64,000 bases of DNA, taken from assembly GCA_044358215.1 (NCBI GenBank), contig JBIKOE010000001.1, positions 8,818-72,817 on the forward strand, written 5' to 3'. How positions within the stretch are numbered: the first letter of the stretch is position 1; each line of letters begins with the position of its first letter. The position numbers and the translations under genes are program-made. Shown here in pieces: positions 1 through 9,111 of the stretch. The stretch is from Crocinitomicaceae bacterium (lineage in GTDB: Bacteria > Bacteroidota > Bacteroidia > Flavobacteriales_D > Crocinitomicaceae). Under the pieces are notes generated by a model, which was not told the origin of the DNA, did not search any database, and saw nothing but the letters and a program-made list of their open reading frames with translations.

Positions 1-249
1 ATTTCTTTCTAAAAATTCATTTTTATTAAAAACCCAATTTAAAGAGATTGCATTTAACGTAATTATCATAAAACTAAGAAAACTATATATCCACGAATCT
101 CCAGAAAAAAAATTACTCCATAATCCAAAATTATGTACTGGAGATTGAACATAATAACCAGTCTGGAAATTTAAAAGAAAATAGATGCCAACAATAAAAG
201 GTAAGAAAAATAGAACGAGGACTCTATTCTCTAAAAACATACGAATCAT
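1..249 (-). CDS. hypothetical membrane protein, N-terminal fragment (gene runs off the left edge)
   Basis: My own reverse-strand translation from ATG 249 (or 240) gives MIRMFLENRVLVLFFLPFIVGIYFLLNFQTGYYVQSPVHNFGLWSNFFSGDSWIYSFLSFMIITLNAISLNWVFNKNEFLERN. The frame stays open to base 1 and has hydrophobic TM-like stretches. It is absent from the ORF track because no stop lies inside the window. Confidence 0.4.
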   Translation of the reverse strand, partial: MIRMFLENRVLVLFFLPFIVGIYFLLNFQTGYYVQSPVHNFGLWSNFFSGDSWIYSFLSFMIITLNAISLNWVFNKNEFLERN

Positions 250-378
250 AATGCGAATTTATTTAATAAAATGCGGTAAGAGATAAATTGTGGATAACTA
301 CTTTAATTTGTTAAAATTCAAATTTGAAAACAAAAAATTAATGAAATTAAATTTATATGTCGATTTGGACAAAAATCA

Positions 379-386
379 TATCTTTG
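379..386 (+). promoter_or_regulatory. Bacteroidota-type -7 promoter box TATCTTTG (TAnnTTTG) upstream of the dksA-like gene
   Basis: Exact TAnnTTTG match 38 nt upstream of ATG 425, in an AT-rich intergenic region. Confidence 0.35.
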
Positions 387-424
387 TTAATTAAGTAAAA
401 ATTAATTAATTTTAAATTTAAGTA

Positions 425-805
425 ATGGTTACAGAGAAAAATAAATTTTCGGATTCTGAATTGGAAGAATTCAAGGTGCTTATAAATAAAAAACTTCTAG
501 AGGCAAACGAAGATTATTCCCTTCTAATTGGTTCATTATCCCATGCTGACGATCATGGCACAGATGATACAGGAAGGACATTCAATATGATGGAAGATGG
601 TTCTGAGACATTATCAAGAGAGGAAGTTGCACAACTTGCAGCACGACAAGAAAAATTTATTCAGAGTTTACATGCTGCATTAATAAGAATAGAAAATAAA
701 ACATATGGTATATGTCGTGTTACTAGCAAATTAATACCAAAAGAACGTTTGCGTTTGGTTCCACATGCAACCATGAGTATTGACGCAAAAAACGCTCAAA
801 AATAA
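425..805 (+). CDS. DksA/TraR-family regulator-like protein with a Cys-poor C-terminal finger
   Basis: 126 aa. Coiled-coil-like N-terminal half with an acidic tip (DDHGTDDTG). The C-terminal YGICRVTSKLIPKERLRLVPHATMSIDAK resembles the DksA/TraR finger region. Confidence 0.7.
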   Translation: MVTEKNKFSDSELEEFKVLINKKLLEANEDYSLLIGSLSHADDHGTDDTGRTFNMMEDGSETLSREEVAQLAARQEKFIQSLHAALIRIENKTYGICRVTSKLIPKERLRLVPHATMSIDAKNAQK

Positions 806-1496
806 ACTCAAAGTGAAAAGAAAAGTAATAGTTATTGGGTGTATTATATTTTTTTTATTATTAATCGATCAACTCACCAAAATTTATATTAAATCATCAT
901 TTTCCTCAAATGAAACAAATTTTATTCTTGGAGATTGGTTTGCATTACATTATATCGAGAATCCAGGAATGGCTTTTGGGACTACATTTGGCTCCGAAAT
1001 TTGGCATAAATTAGCCTTAAGTTTACTTCGTGTGGTTGCTATAATTTTTATAGGAATATTTATATGCAAAGAAATAAAAAAAGATGCTAAAATAGAATAT
1101 TTAATAGCAATAAGTCTAATTTTTTCTGGAGCCACAGGTAACTTAATCGATTCAATGTTGTATGATTTTATCTTTCCGTTTAATCCCTGTGAAGGCTTTA
1201 ATCAACTTGCTGGTTCAGGAATAAAAATGAACTGCATGGATTATGGATTTAAACAAACTTTAGAAGTCCGACACCAGGGTTTTTTATTAGGCAATGTTGT
1301 TGATATGTTCCAATTTAATTTTTATTGGCCAAAATGGGTTCCTTATTTTTCTGGTCAAGCAGTTTTTCCTGCGATTTGGAATATAGCTGATGCATGCATA
1401 ACATCTGGAGTAGTTTTAATTATTATTCGACAGAAAAAATACTTTCCAAAAAAAGAAAAAATAGATTCAGTAGAAAAGGACTCAGAAATCTCCTGA
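780..1496 (+). CDS. lspA: lipoprotein signal peptidase (signal peptidase II)
   Basis: Motifs ENPGMAFG, GNLIDS, VVDMFQF and NIADACIT, plus multiple TM segments. The start may instead be the in-frame GTG at 813, which would avoid overlap with the upstream gene. Confidence 0.85.
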   Translation: MTQKTLKNKLKVKRKVIVIGCIIFFLLLIDQLTKIYIKSSFSSNETNFILGDWFALHYIENPGMAFGTTFGSEIWHKLALSLLRVVAIIFIGIFICKEIKKDAKIEYLIAISLIFSGATGNLIDSMLYDFIFPFNPCEGFNQLAGSGIKMNCMDYGFKQTLEVRHQGFLLGNVVDMFQFNFYWPKWVPYFSGQAVFPAIWNIADACITSGVVLIIIRQKKYFPKKEKIDSVEKDSEIS

Positions 1497-1498
1497 TT

Positions 1499-3967
1499 TT
1501 AAAAATTCCATTTCATATTTCGATCGTTCAATAATGCAAAAGAAATTTTGTAATTAAACCGAGGTGCTACTCTATTTCCATCTGAAAAAACTGTATAAAA
1601 ACCAATACGCAATCTTCTTTTAAATATTTTAAAGTTGCGTTCTAAGCCACCTAAAAACTCATAATGCTGCCAATTGTATTCTTTAATATACATAGCTCCA
1701 GCACCTAAGACAAGACCAATACGCGTCTTTTTCATCCATGGAATTTTATTTATTAATGCACCATTGTCATGATGAATAATGTGTGCTTCTAATACATAAT
1801 CAATAGTTGGTAAAGTAGAATCTAGCCCCTGAAAAGAGAATAAAGGATTGGAAAACCATATAGGATCACTTCTTCTTTGGTATTTCATATCCGGATCGTA
1901 TATTTTTTTTGCGCTCAAAAACTTTCCGCCTGAAAATCTATAAGAACTTGTTCCTAAAGTTCCTATTTTAAAAGTTTGAAGTATATCCAACTGTATGTAT
2001 TCATGATCGACATCACTGCCAAATAAACGAGGAATTCCTCTTTCATAATTCAAACTAAAAGTTGGCCATCTAGAACCTAAAACAACTTTTCGATAAGGTT
2101 CTCGCATATATTTTTGCTGTGGCGTATAACTTATTGTTACGTTTGTAATGAAGGCTTGATAACTTTTAAAATTTGTGGGTTCGTCATTTGGAAGATATTG
2201 GTCAAAACTTTTTATAAATTTAAAATCTTTTAATGATCTTCGCTCAGAAAACTCTAAACTAAAACCTCCATAAAAACCATTAAATAACTCGTATTCAATT
2301 GAAGAACCCATTTTTGTAGTTTCAATCAAATTATTGCGTCTGTAAATTTGAGTGATAGCGTCTGTATAACGAATCGCGTCAAAATCATGATTAATTGAAA
2401 GACGAAAGAAACCAAAATGAAAAGGATCAAACTTAAATCGCCACCATGAGCCACCTTTTAAATCCTTATTTAAAAACCCGTAAGAAAGTCTAGACCAAGA
2501 TTCCAAAGCACGCTCATTCTTCCACTTTTTAAAATAATCAAAACTAGGAGATAAGCGAAGACCTCCGATCATTAGAGGTTGAATAAAAAGTACCAAGGGG
2601 CTGAATCCCACTTGAGATCGCTTCAATCTATTTCGGTAATCTATTCCGTACCATAACACTTTTAAAAAAGTTATCTTATTAAAAATTTTATCAACGGAAT
2701 CAAGGTATTCTTTACGGTTGTGGGCATCTCTAATACTATCCTTTAATAGTATAAAATTACGTTCATCATTACTCAATTCTATCTGTCGCCTTGATGACCA
2801 AAATGCAGTGTCTTTCTCAAAAGCTTCTTTTTCAGTTACAGCTAATTCTGTACTAAAAAATTTATTCGCAAATTTAGGATTGAAATCATAATTCGAAAAA
2901 ATAGCTTTCGTGTATGACTGGGATATTTCATTCTTGTATTTCACTCCATAACTCAAATTTTGCTCAGATAATACACATAAAGAATCTCCATAATGAACGA
3001 AGTTTTGTTCGATAAAAAAATTATCGTAAACTAATAAATTCCCTTTATTCATACTTAATTCAATTTTTTGAATAAGCCAAAGTGAATCAATCACCCAAAT
3101 GTACCCTTCCAAGGTGGAGGTAGATATATTTCTTGGAGTGATTTTAATTTTTGAAATTACTTGCCCGTTCTCCTTTATTTTTTTTTCCAGTCGGTATTTA
3201 TAAGAAATTATACCAGGAGCTGAAATCGGAGAAATCACAGGGGTTTGATGTAAATCATCAAGATAAAGGAGATTTTCGAAGAAATTAAAATTTGATTTAA
3301 TTGTAGTTGTATAGTACAAATTCTTTTCATTGCCTCGAAGAGTATATGCATTTCTAATTTCTTTCACCTTGTCTTTAGAAGCATAATAACGCATTAATTC
3401 AAGTTCCAATAAATTCATCTGATTTGATAATTTTAGCAATTCATCGTTTTTTTCATCTAAAGGATCGTACGATTTATTTTTATTTTTTTCTAATTTCTTT
3501 TGCTTTGCTTTAGGATCAATTTTTTCTGCAGCTTTGATATATACAGATACTGAATGAGGATAATTCCATGGATTAATTACATCTCGTTTCTTAACCACCT
3601 CCAAAATTATATCTCGTCCAGGATTACTTTTCTTAACTTGAACATCAATGTTATCAAGCTCAAGAACTTTACTCGGAAAAAGCTGAATATTTCGAATAAT
3701 ATTTGCAGAACCAATAGACACATACGTTTCTCTTTCATCATACCCTTTAGCAGAAAACACCAAAAAATATTCACCTGGCATTAAGGAAAGTTCATACTTT
3801 CCATTAAAATCTGCTAGTGTGCGTTGATCCGAAAAAGTTTTTACATATACTGTAACGGAAGGAATTGGAATATTTCGATTATCCGTAATTACTCCATTTA
3901 CAAATTGTTGAGAAAAGGAATTTAAGTGATTCAGAAAGAAAAAAGAAAAAAAAAGAAATCTAAGCAT
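1499..3967 (-). CDS. carboxypeptidase-regulatory-like domain plus large beta-rich domain protein (DUF5686-like)
   Basis: 822 aa with a signal peptide. The N-terminal VNGVITD...VTVYVK...DFNGKYELSLMPGEYFLVFSAKGY is a CarboxypepD_reg-type fold. Length and architecture match the Bacteroidota DUF5686 family as I recall it. Confidence 0.6.
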   Translation of the reverse strand: MLRFLFFSFFFLNHLNSFSQQFVNGVITDNRNIPIPSVTVYVKTFSDQRTLADFNGKYELSLMPGEYFLVFSAKGYDERETYVSIGSANIIRNIQLFPSKVLELDNIDVQVKKSNPGRDIILEVVKKRDVINPWNYPHSVSVYIKAAEKIDPKAKQKKLEKNKNKSYDPLDEKNDELLKLSNQMNLLELELMRYYASKDKVKEIRNAYTLRGNEKNLYYTTTIKSNFNFFENLLYLDDLHQTPVISPISAPGIISYKYRLEKKIKENGQVISKIKITPRNISTSTLEGYIWVIDSLWLIQKIELSMNKGNLLVYDNFFIEQNFVHYGDSLCVLSEQNLSYGVKYKNEISQSYTKAIFSNYDFNPKFANKFFSTELAVTEKEAFEKDTAFWSSRRQIELSNDERNFILLKDSIRDAHNRKEYLDSVDKIFNKITFLKVLWYGIDYRNRLKRSQVGFSPLVLFIQPLMIGGLRLSPSFDYFKKWKNERALESWSRLSYGFLNKDLKGGSWWRFKFDPFHFGFFRLSINHDFDAIRYTDAITQIYRRNNLIETTKMGSSIEYELFNGFYGGFSLEFSERRSLKDFKFIKSFDQYLPNDEPTNFKSYQAFITNVTISYTPQQKYMREPYRKVVLGSRWPTFSLNYERGIPRLFGSDVDHEYIQLDILQTFKIGTLGTSSYRFSGGKFLSAKKIYDPDMKYQRRSDPIWFSNPLFSFQGLDSTLPTIDYVLEAHIIHHDNGALINKIPWMKKTRIGLVLGAGAMYIKEYNWQHYEFLGGLERNFKIFKRRLRIGFYTVFSDGNRVAPRFNYKISFALLNDRNMKWNF

Positions 3968-3992
3968 TTATGGTTTTAGAATTAAAGATATT

Positions 3993-4214
3993 TTATTTAA
4001 CCGATTTTTTTTCTTTTAAAAACTCATTATGAAGCACCATTCTTTTCATCATCCAAGTTTTTAAAAAATAAACACCCAATGATGTTAGAACAAAAATATA
4101 ATAATATGCCCATTTATTGACCCCTTCTATAATTGACATATAAGTTACTATTAAAAAAATTGCTACCGCTGAAAATAGCCAGAATAAACGCATTATACGA
4201 TTGTACATTTTCAT
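3993..4214 (-). CDS. small two-TM membrane protein, unknown function
   Basis: 73 aa with two hydrophobic helices. It starts 1 nt after the lptC-like stop, so it is probably co-transcribed. Confidence 0.5.
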   Translation of the reverse strand: MKMYNRIMRLFWLFSAVAIFLIVTYMSIIEGVNKWAYYYIFVLTSLGVYFLKTWMMKRMVLHNEFLKEKKSVK

Positions 4215-4215
4215 A

Positions 4216-4788
4216 CTATTCTAATTTTAATTGTTCTTCTAATTGTATTCTTCCTTTTGGTTTTATAATTTCGTAATAACTAAAATCTTGTTTTGTACGG
4301 ATACCGTCTCCATAAAAAATTCCTTTTGGAGTTTTAACAATTACTTGAGAAACAGAATATATTGTACTATCATTTTGATTCCAAATTAGCGCTTCAGTTT
4401 CCAATGTTTGGTTTTTAGCAAAATTTGTCAAGCGAACTGAATCTCTAACCATTATTTTACTTGCAGTATGATCAATTTCGCCATAAAGAGCAGTTAATCT
4501 TGATACCACTACGCCATCGTTTGAAAAGAAATTTACTCTTATACTATCATACATTTTTGTTATATGCTTTTTATTTCTAAAAGTTTGAGATTTCGCTGCA
4601 AAAATTTCTACACGAGCAAAGCCATAATCAGAATAAATCAAATGTAAATCTTGTGTGCTTTCATCAGGATCTGAAGAATTGTAGGAAACTTTTTGAACTG
4701 ATGACATATCGTTTTCGCACGAAAAAACAAATCCTAAGAAAAGAAAGAAAATAGTAAATTTATGAAGTTTACTAATTTTGCTTATCAC
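4216..4788 (-). CDS. lptC: LPS export periplasmic protein LptC-like lipoprotein
   Basis: 190 aa with a lipobox (VFSC). The size and the OstA-like beta pattern (LIYSDYGFARVEIFA..., LTALYGEID..., LETEALIWNQNDSTIYS..., FYGDGIRTKQDFSYYEI) are typical of Bacteroidota LptC. Confidence 0.65.
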   Translation of the reverse strand: MISKISKLHKFTIFFLFLGFVFSCENDMSSVQKVSYNSSDPDESTQDLHLIYSDYGFARVEIFAAKSQTFRNKKHITKMYDSIRVNFFSNDGVVVSRLTALYGEIDHTASKIMVRDSVRLTNFAKNQTLETEALIWNQNDSTIYSVSQVIVKTPKGIFYGDGIRTKQDFSYYEIIKPKGRIQLEEQLKLE

Positions 4789-6081
4789 TTATCGAACATT
4801 TACTGTTACCCCCCAGCAAGATAAAGAAACAGTACTAGGATTGTTGTTATTAAATTTATCTTCAGCATTTGGTGCATTTGAACGATAACGTGAAGCTGCA
4901 CCAGAATCACCAGCGCGTTCTGCTAGTTCTGCAGCATAATAATAATTGCATTTTCTATCAAAAGTACTAGACCCACAAGAGTTAGCAGAATTAGCAACAC
5001 ATTTAGCTGCTATTAGCAATGCTTTATTTTTATTTGAGCCTGAAATCCCTAATGCAAGTCTGTAGGCAGTTTGATAATTATTTAGATTATGAAATTGAAC
5101 TTCTAAAATTTGAAAGTCAATATCCTCCAACTGAACTGCATCTTTAGTCATTGCTTTTGCTGAGTTTAAACTAGAAATAGCCTCGTTATAGCGCTTTTTT
5201 ACAATTAGAAGTTCAGCTTTTGCAATAATTGTAGCAGTTGTTTTATCAAACTTTATCAGTGTATCAACAAGCATTTCATATTCTTTACTATCTGTGCAGG
5301 ACTTCTCTTTTAATAAGCTTATGAAATTTGTTGTTGTCTTTATTTTTAGGTCAATATCTTTGGGTAATTCAGAAATAAACACTTTTAAATCTGGTAATAA
5401 ATCCTCACAGTTTTTAATTGTTCCGTTAAATATATTACTTATAGATTCTTGGGTTTTTGAACTTTGTTTTTTTAAACTGATGAGTCGTGAAAGCATAAAG
5501 TAATCGCTTATCAAGCGCTTTTTATACACATTTTTTGCTGCAACATCTACCTCAGAGGAGTATAATAAATATAAATTTGAATAATAATTCGTAAGGTTTT
5601 CACTTGTAAACTTTAAAGATGTATCCTTAAAGGCTCTTGTATAATAAGCATCTGAAACTGTGCGCTCTATTTCAGATTTTAACAAAGCATAATCTGCTAA
5701 TTTCAGAACTATGTTTTTATCCCCAAAATTTAATAAATCTATTTTTTTATTTATTAAAAACAAGGTGTCAATATAGCGTGATTTTATTTTTGGGTCTTTT
5801 TCTAATTTTAAAATATCTTGTCCAGATCGTATGATGTAGTTATAATTATTTTTTGTGTAAGTGCCGCAAATAGCCTCTCCTTTTAACAAATAGGTGAATT
5901 CAGTTTTAAAATGCATGAGTTTTAAGGTAACCGAAGTATCAATTTCGATTGATTTCCGCTCTTCTTGGGCGAGAAATTTTATTCTATTGCATTCGCGCAT
6001 TTTTATTGAATCATTTTGAGACATAAATGCAAATACATTCAAAAGTAGTATAGAAATTAGGAGAAATTTTTTAAGCAACAT
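4789..6081 (-). CDS. secreted hypothetical protein, helical/TPR-like with a Cys-containing C-terminus
   Basis: 430 aa with a signal peptide. It abuts lptC with a 0-nt gap. I recognise no catalytic motif. Confidence 0.6.
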   Translation of the reverse strand: MLLKKFLLISILLLNVFAFMSQNDSIKMRECNRIKFLAQEERKSIEIDTSVTLKLMHFKTEFTYLLKGEAICGTYTKNNYNYIIRSGQDILKLEKDPKIKSRYIDTLFLINKKIDLLNFGDKNIVLKLADYALLKSEIERTVSDAYYTRAFKDTSLKFTSENLTNYYSNLYLLYSSEVDVAAKNVYKKRLISDYFMLSRLISLKKQSSKTQESISNIFNGTIKNCEDLLPDLKVFISELPKDIDLKIKTTTNFISLLKEKSCTDSKEYEMLVDTLIKFDKTTATIIAKAELLIVKKRYNEAISSLNSAKAMTKDAVQLEDIDFQILEVQFHNLNNYQTAYRLALGISGSNKNKALLIAAKCVANSANSCGSSTFDRKCNYYYAAELAERAGDSGAASRYRSNAPNAEDKFNNNNPSTVSLSCWGVTVNVR

Positions 6082-6110
6082 AGCAGTAATTTTTATTTTA
6101 ATATATCTAT

Positions 6111-7430
6111 TTAATCAAGTTTTCTTTTTCTGAACCAACGATCAAAAAATGGTGGCGAAAGAATTATTCCAAAATTCATAGCAAAATACTTTTCAGCTAA
6201 TGAAGTGCTAATTGAATCTGTATTTTTTCCAAATGTAAAACCTATATTTAATGATGATAAAGACTGTTGCACCAATATTGGAAGGCCAAAACCAAAAGTA
6301 AGTCCACTGATATTAATACTTTTATCTATAACGCTAGAAATGGTATTTTGTTGCTGAAAATATCCAATTCTGTACTGAACTTTTTCTACAAATTTTAAAT
6401 TAGTGCTATTCTCAAAAAGTTTTGTTTCAGGAATAAATTGAATTCCAAAACCCAAATGACTCATTAATTTCTTAGATTCTAGCAAAGTCATCCTTGAATT
6501 TGAATAAGAACCAACAAGCATGATACTCGGATGTAATTGACGCATATTTCTTTGCCAATTAGGTAAATTTAGAGTATAAGAAAACCCTGCCTTCGTACTT
6601 GAACTCACCATTGATGGTGAACTAACTGAATACGAAATTGTATCATAAGCAATTATACCACTTAGTAATTTAGCATAAAAAATTTCGTCCTTCAATGATA
6701 GTCTTTGAAGTAATAAATTTGGAGTATAAACTGCACTTAGCATAAGATTATGTCTTTTTGAAAAGTTACGATTAAATGAAACTCCAAAATCAACATTTAT
6801 TGCACTTAGTTTAATCGTAGAATTGGAAATACCAGATGGATAATCGGAACTAGTAGAAAACATTTTTGAACTACGGGAATTTGTAACAGATCCAGAAATT
6901 GCCTCTGCATTAAATCCAAATGACAACTTGCTAGTTTGTTTATTAATCAATCGAATTGAAGTGCCTAAAAAAAATGTACGAATGCCACCAGTACCTTCAT
7001 ACTTATTGGTGAGAGAGTTAACTGAATCGTGTTCGATAATTTCATATCCTCTTCTAGAATAAGGCTTGATTCCAAAAGCTAAGCCCATAAGTTTGCTGAT
7101 TTTAAAACCCATTGCAAAATGATCAGGCATGATAGCGAGTTTTGAAATAGTATTGCCTTGCTCAGAAAATTGGGATCTCCGAAAATCAATGCCAAGTGAA
7201 ACTAAGGTGTTTCCTGAGCTCAAAGATGAGTAAGAAGCAGGATTAAATATGTTTAACTGACTAGAGTCAAAATAAGAAATAGTGTTTTGACCGAGCGCAT
7301 TATATATGGCATTACTTCCAAAAGACTGTTCTCCAATGCCATAATAAGACAATGGATTGTTTGTTATTGATTGCGTAAAAACAGTTCTAATCGCAAAAAG
7401 GAGCACTAAAAGACAAATAGTTTTATACAT
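6111..7430 (-). CDS. outer-membrane beta-barrel protein (putative porin-like), unknown function
   Basis: 439 aa with a signal peptide (TVFTQ) and an alternating amphipathic beta pattern rich in S, G, N and aromatic residues. It overlaps the coaX stop by 8 nt. Confidence 0.5.
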   Translation of the reverse strand: MYKTICLLVLLFAIRTVFTQSITNNPLSYYGIGEQSFGSNAIYNALGQNTISYFDSSQLNIFNPASYSSLSSGNTLVSLGIDFRRSQFSEQGNTISKLAIMPDHFAMGFKISKLMGLAFGIKPYSRRGYEIIEHDSVNSLTNKYEGTGGIRTFFLGTSIRLINKQTSKLSFGFNAEAISGSVTNSRSSKMFSTSSDYPSGISNSTIKLSAINVDFGVSFNRNFSKRHNLMLSAVYTPNLLLQRLSLKDEIFYAKLLSGIIAYDTISYSVSSPSMVSSSTKAGFSYTLNLPNWQRNMRQLHPSIMLVGSYSNSRMTLLESKKLMSHLGFGIQFIPETKLFENSTNLKFVEKVQYRIGYFQQQNTISSVIDKSINISGLTFGFGLPILVQQSLSSLNIGFTFGKNTDSISTSLAEKYFAMNFGIILSPPFFDRWFRKRKLD

Positions 7431-8142
7431 TCAATAGATAAATTTCAAGTATTCCTTTCAATGTTAAATTTTCGTCTGCAAAGATGACATTTTTTTGTGC
7501 TAAATCAAAATAATGTGCATCACCACCGGTAACAAAAACGTTTAAATCTGTGTATTTAGCCTTGTATTCTAAAATTAGCCCAATAATTTCAGACTTCATA
7601 CCATTTTGAACACCAGATTGAATTGCACTTTCAGTTGAGTTCCCAATGAGACTAACTTCATTTGAGGCCTCGTAAAGGAGTAAATTATTTGTAAATAAAT
7701 TGAGCGCTTTAAAACGCAAGAGCAAGCCTGGAGAAATTGATCCTCCCTCGTACTCATTTTTAGCATTTATAAAATCAAATTTAATGCACGTGCCAATGTC
7801 AATAACGAGTCGAGGAGTAAAGGGATTTATTTTAGAAATGGCTGCAACATTGCAAATTCTATCAATACCGAGAGTAGAAGGACTCAAGTAATTTATTTTA
7901 AATGGAAGTTTTACTTGATGACTAACCCAAAAAACAGGATTTAGAACGTTTGTAAAATCTTCCTTAAAATTAGAATTTAAAACGGAGGATAATGCTATTG
8001 GGATATTTGGCACTAGTTCTTTTTTTAGCAATGCTAAACTATTAAATGAGCTCAAGGAAACAATTTCGCCCTTTTTACAAACTCCAAGTTTTATGCGAGA
8101 ATTACCTGCATCAATTATATAGAGATCTATTTTAGAGTTCAT
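7423..8142 (-). CDS. coaX: type III pantothenate kinase
   Basis: 239 aa with IDAGNSRIKLG (DxGNT-like), GIDR and VTGGDA motifs. Confidence 0.85.
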   Translation of the reverse strand: MNSKIDLYIIDAGNSRIKLGVCKKGEIVSLSSFNSLALLKKELVPNIPIALSSVLNSNFKEDFTNVLNPVFWVSHQVKLPFKINYLSPSTLGIDRICNVAAISKINPFTPRLVIDIGTCIKFDFINAKNEYEGGSISPGLLLRFKALNLFTNNLLLYEASNEVSLIGNSTESAIQSGVQNGMKSEIIGLILEYKAKYTDLNVFVTGGDAHYFDLAQKNVIFADENLTLKGILEIYLLNV

Positions 8143-8212
8143 TTACAGCAAAGATACATTCCCTTTTTTAAGAATTTTCAATTTGAATATGATTTTTAAA
8201 AGAAAAAAATGT

Positions 8213-8220
8213 TAAATTTG
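8213..8220 (+). promoter_or_regulatory. -7 promoter box TAAATTTG upstream of tRNA-Phe
   Basis: Exact TAnnTTTG match ending 16 nt before tRNA position 1. Confidence 0.4.
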
Positions 8221-8235
8221 CACCCACCAACGGCT

Positions 8236-8308
8236 GGTACCTTAGCTCAGTTGGTAGAGCAAAGGACTGAAAATCCTTGTGTCCCTGGTTCGATTCCTGG
8301 AGGTACCA
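8236..8308 (+). tRNA. tRNA-Phe (anticodon GAA)
   Basis: Hand-folded cloverleaf: acceptor GGTACCT/AGGTACC, D stem GCTC/GAGC, anticodon stem AAGGA/TCCTT, loop CTGAAAA (GAA at 8269-8271), T loop TTCGATT, discriminator A. No CCA is encoded. There is one U-U mismatch in the T stem. Confidence 0.9.
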
Positions 8309-8312
8309 CAAT

Positions 8313-8345
8313 AAACCCAGTAAGAAATTATTGGGTTTATTTTTA
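8313..8345 (+). terminator. intrinsic terminator after tRNA-Phe
   Basis: AAACCCA (12-nt loop) TGGGTTT followed by a T-rich ATTTTTAATTTTT. Confidence 0.55.
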
Positions 8346-8484
8346 ATTTTTAGCAAAGGAAAATTATATGGGATTTAATTATATGCTGATATAAAAAATC
8401 ATGTTAAATTATTAATTTAATGTGATATTCAAAAAAAAAAGTCAGACCTTTATATCTTTATTTAGATTTACTAAAACTATTATA

Positions 8485-9096
8485 ATGAAAAATTTACTGT
8501 TTTTACTTTCAATTCTCATATTAAACACGTCATTTGGACAAACCGCACAAGAGTATTTAGAAAAAGGTTTCGAAAAGTATAATTTAGGAGACTACTCAGG
8601 TGCAATGATAGAGTACAATAAAGCAATTGAAAAAGATAACACTAACGCAGATTTCTATAATTATAGGGGTCTTGTAAAAAATCATTTTAAAGACTACAAT
8701 GGTGCGATTAAAGATTACAATAAAACTATTGAGTTAGATCCTAATAATATAAAAGCTTTTAATAACAGAGGAGCTACTAAAAAAGATTTAGAAGACTTTA
8801 AAGGAGCAATAACAGATTACACCTTTGTTATTGATAAAAATAGTAATGATGCAACCATGCAAGATTCTTACAATAATAGAGGTATTGCTAAGATTTATTT
8901 GAAAGAGTATAGTAGTGCTATAGTAGATTTTAATAAAGCTATTGAGATGGATCCATATGACGCAAGAGTATATAAAAATAGAGGAAATGCTAAAGAATAT
9001 CAGGGGAAAATTACCGAAGCTTGCTTGGATTGGAAAAAAGCACAAGAATTAGGTGATCCTAATAATGATGAAAAGATTAAAAACTTTTGTGAATAG
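8485..9096 (+). CDS. TPR-repeat secreted protein
   Basis: The signal peptide MKNLLFLLSILILNTSFGQ begins at ATG 8485; the ORF-track start at 8422 is over-extended. About five 34-aa TPR units follow (A..YN.AIE.DP.....YNNRG). Confidence 0.8.
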   Translation: MKNLLFLLSILILNTSFGQTAQEYLEKGFEKYNLGDYSGAMIEYNKAIEKDNTNADFYNYRGLVKNHFKDYNGAIKDYNKTIELDPNNIKAFNNRGATKKDLEDFKGAITDYTFVIDKNSNDATMQDSYNNRGIAKIYLKEYSSAIVDFNKAIEMDPYDARVYKNRGNAKEYQGKITEACLDWKKAQELGDPNNDEKIKNFCE

Positions 9097-9111
9097 CTAT
9101 ATTGTTTTTAA

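Noticed and set aside
289-297. A perfect DnaA-box 9-mer (TGTGGATAA, complement TTATCCACA) in the AT-rich gap upstream of the dksA-like gene. I considered whether this marks oriC, especially with rpmH in the window.
   Set aside because: I found only one perfect box. A single 9-mer is expected by chance about once in a window this size on both strands. There is no cluster of boxes, no dnaA or dnaN nearby, and rpmH lies 33 kb away.
8168-8356. 62-aa minus-strand ORF from the track.
   Set aside because: It lies entirely over tRNA-Phe and its terminator, so it is an artefact of the open frame.
8431-8440. An A10 homopolymer upstream of the TPR protein gene, a possible slipped-strand phase-variation tract. 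A similar A9/T9 run lies at 42331-42339, just upstream of the LRR gene ATG.
   Set aside because: A-rich leaders are normal translation-initiation contexts in Bacteroidota. The tracts lie outside the coding frames as I call them, and one sequence gives no evidence of length variation.
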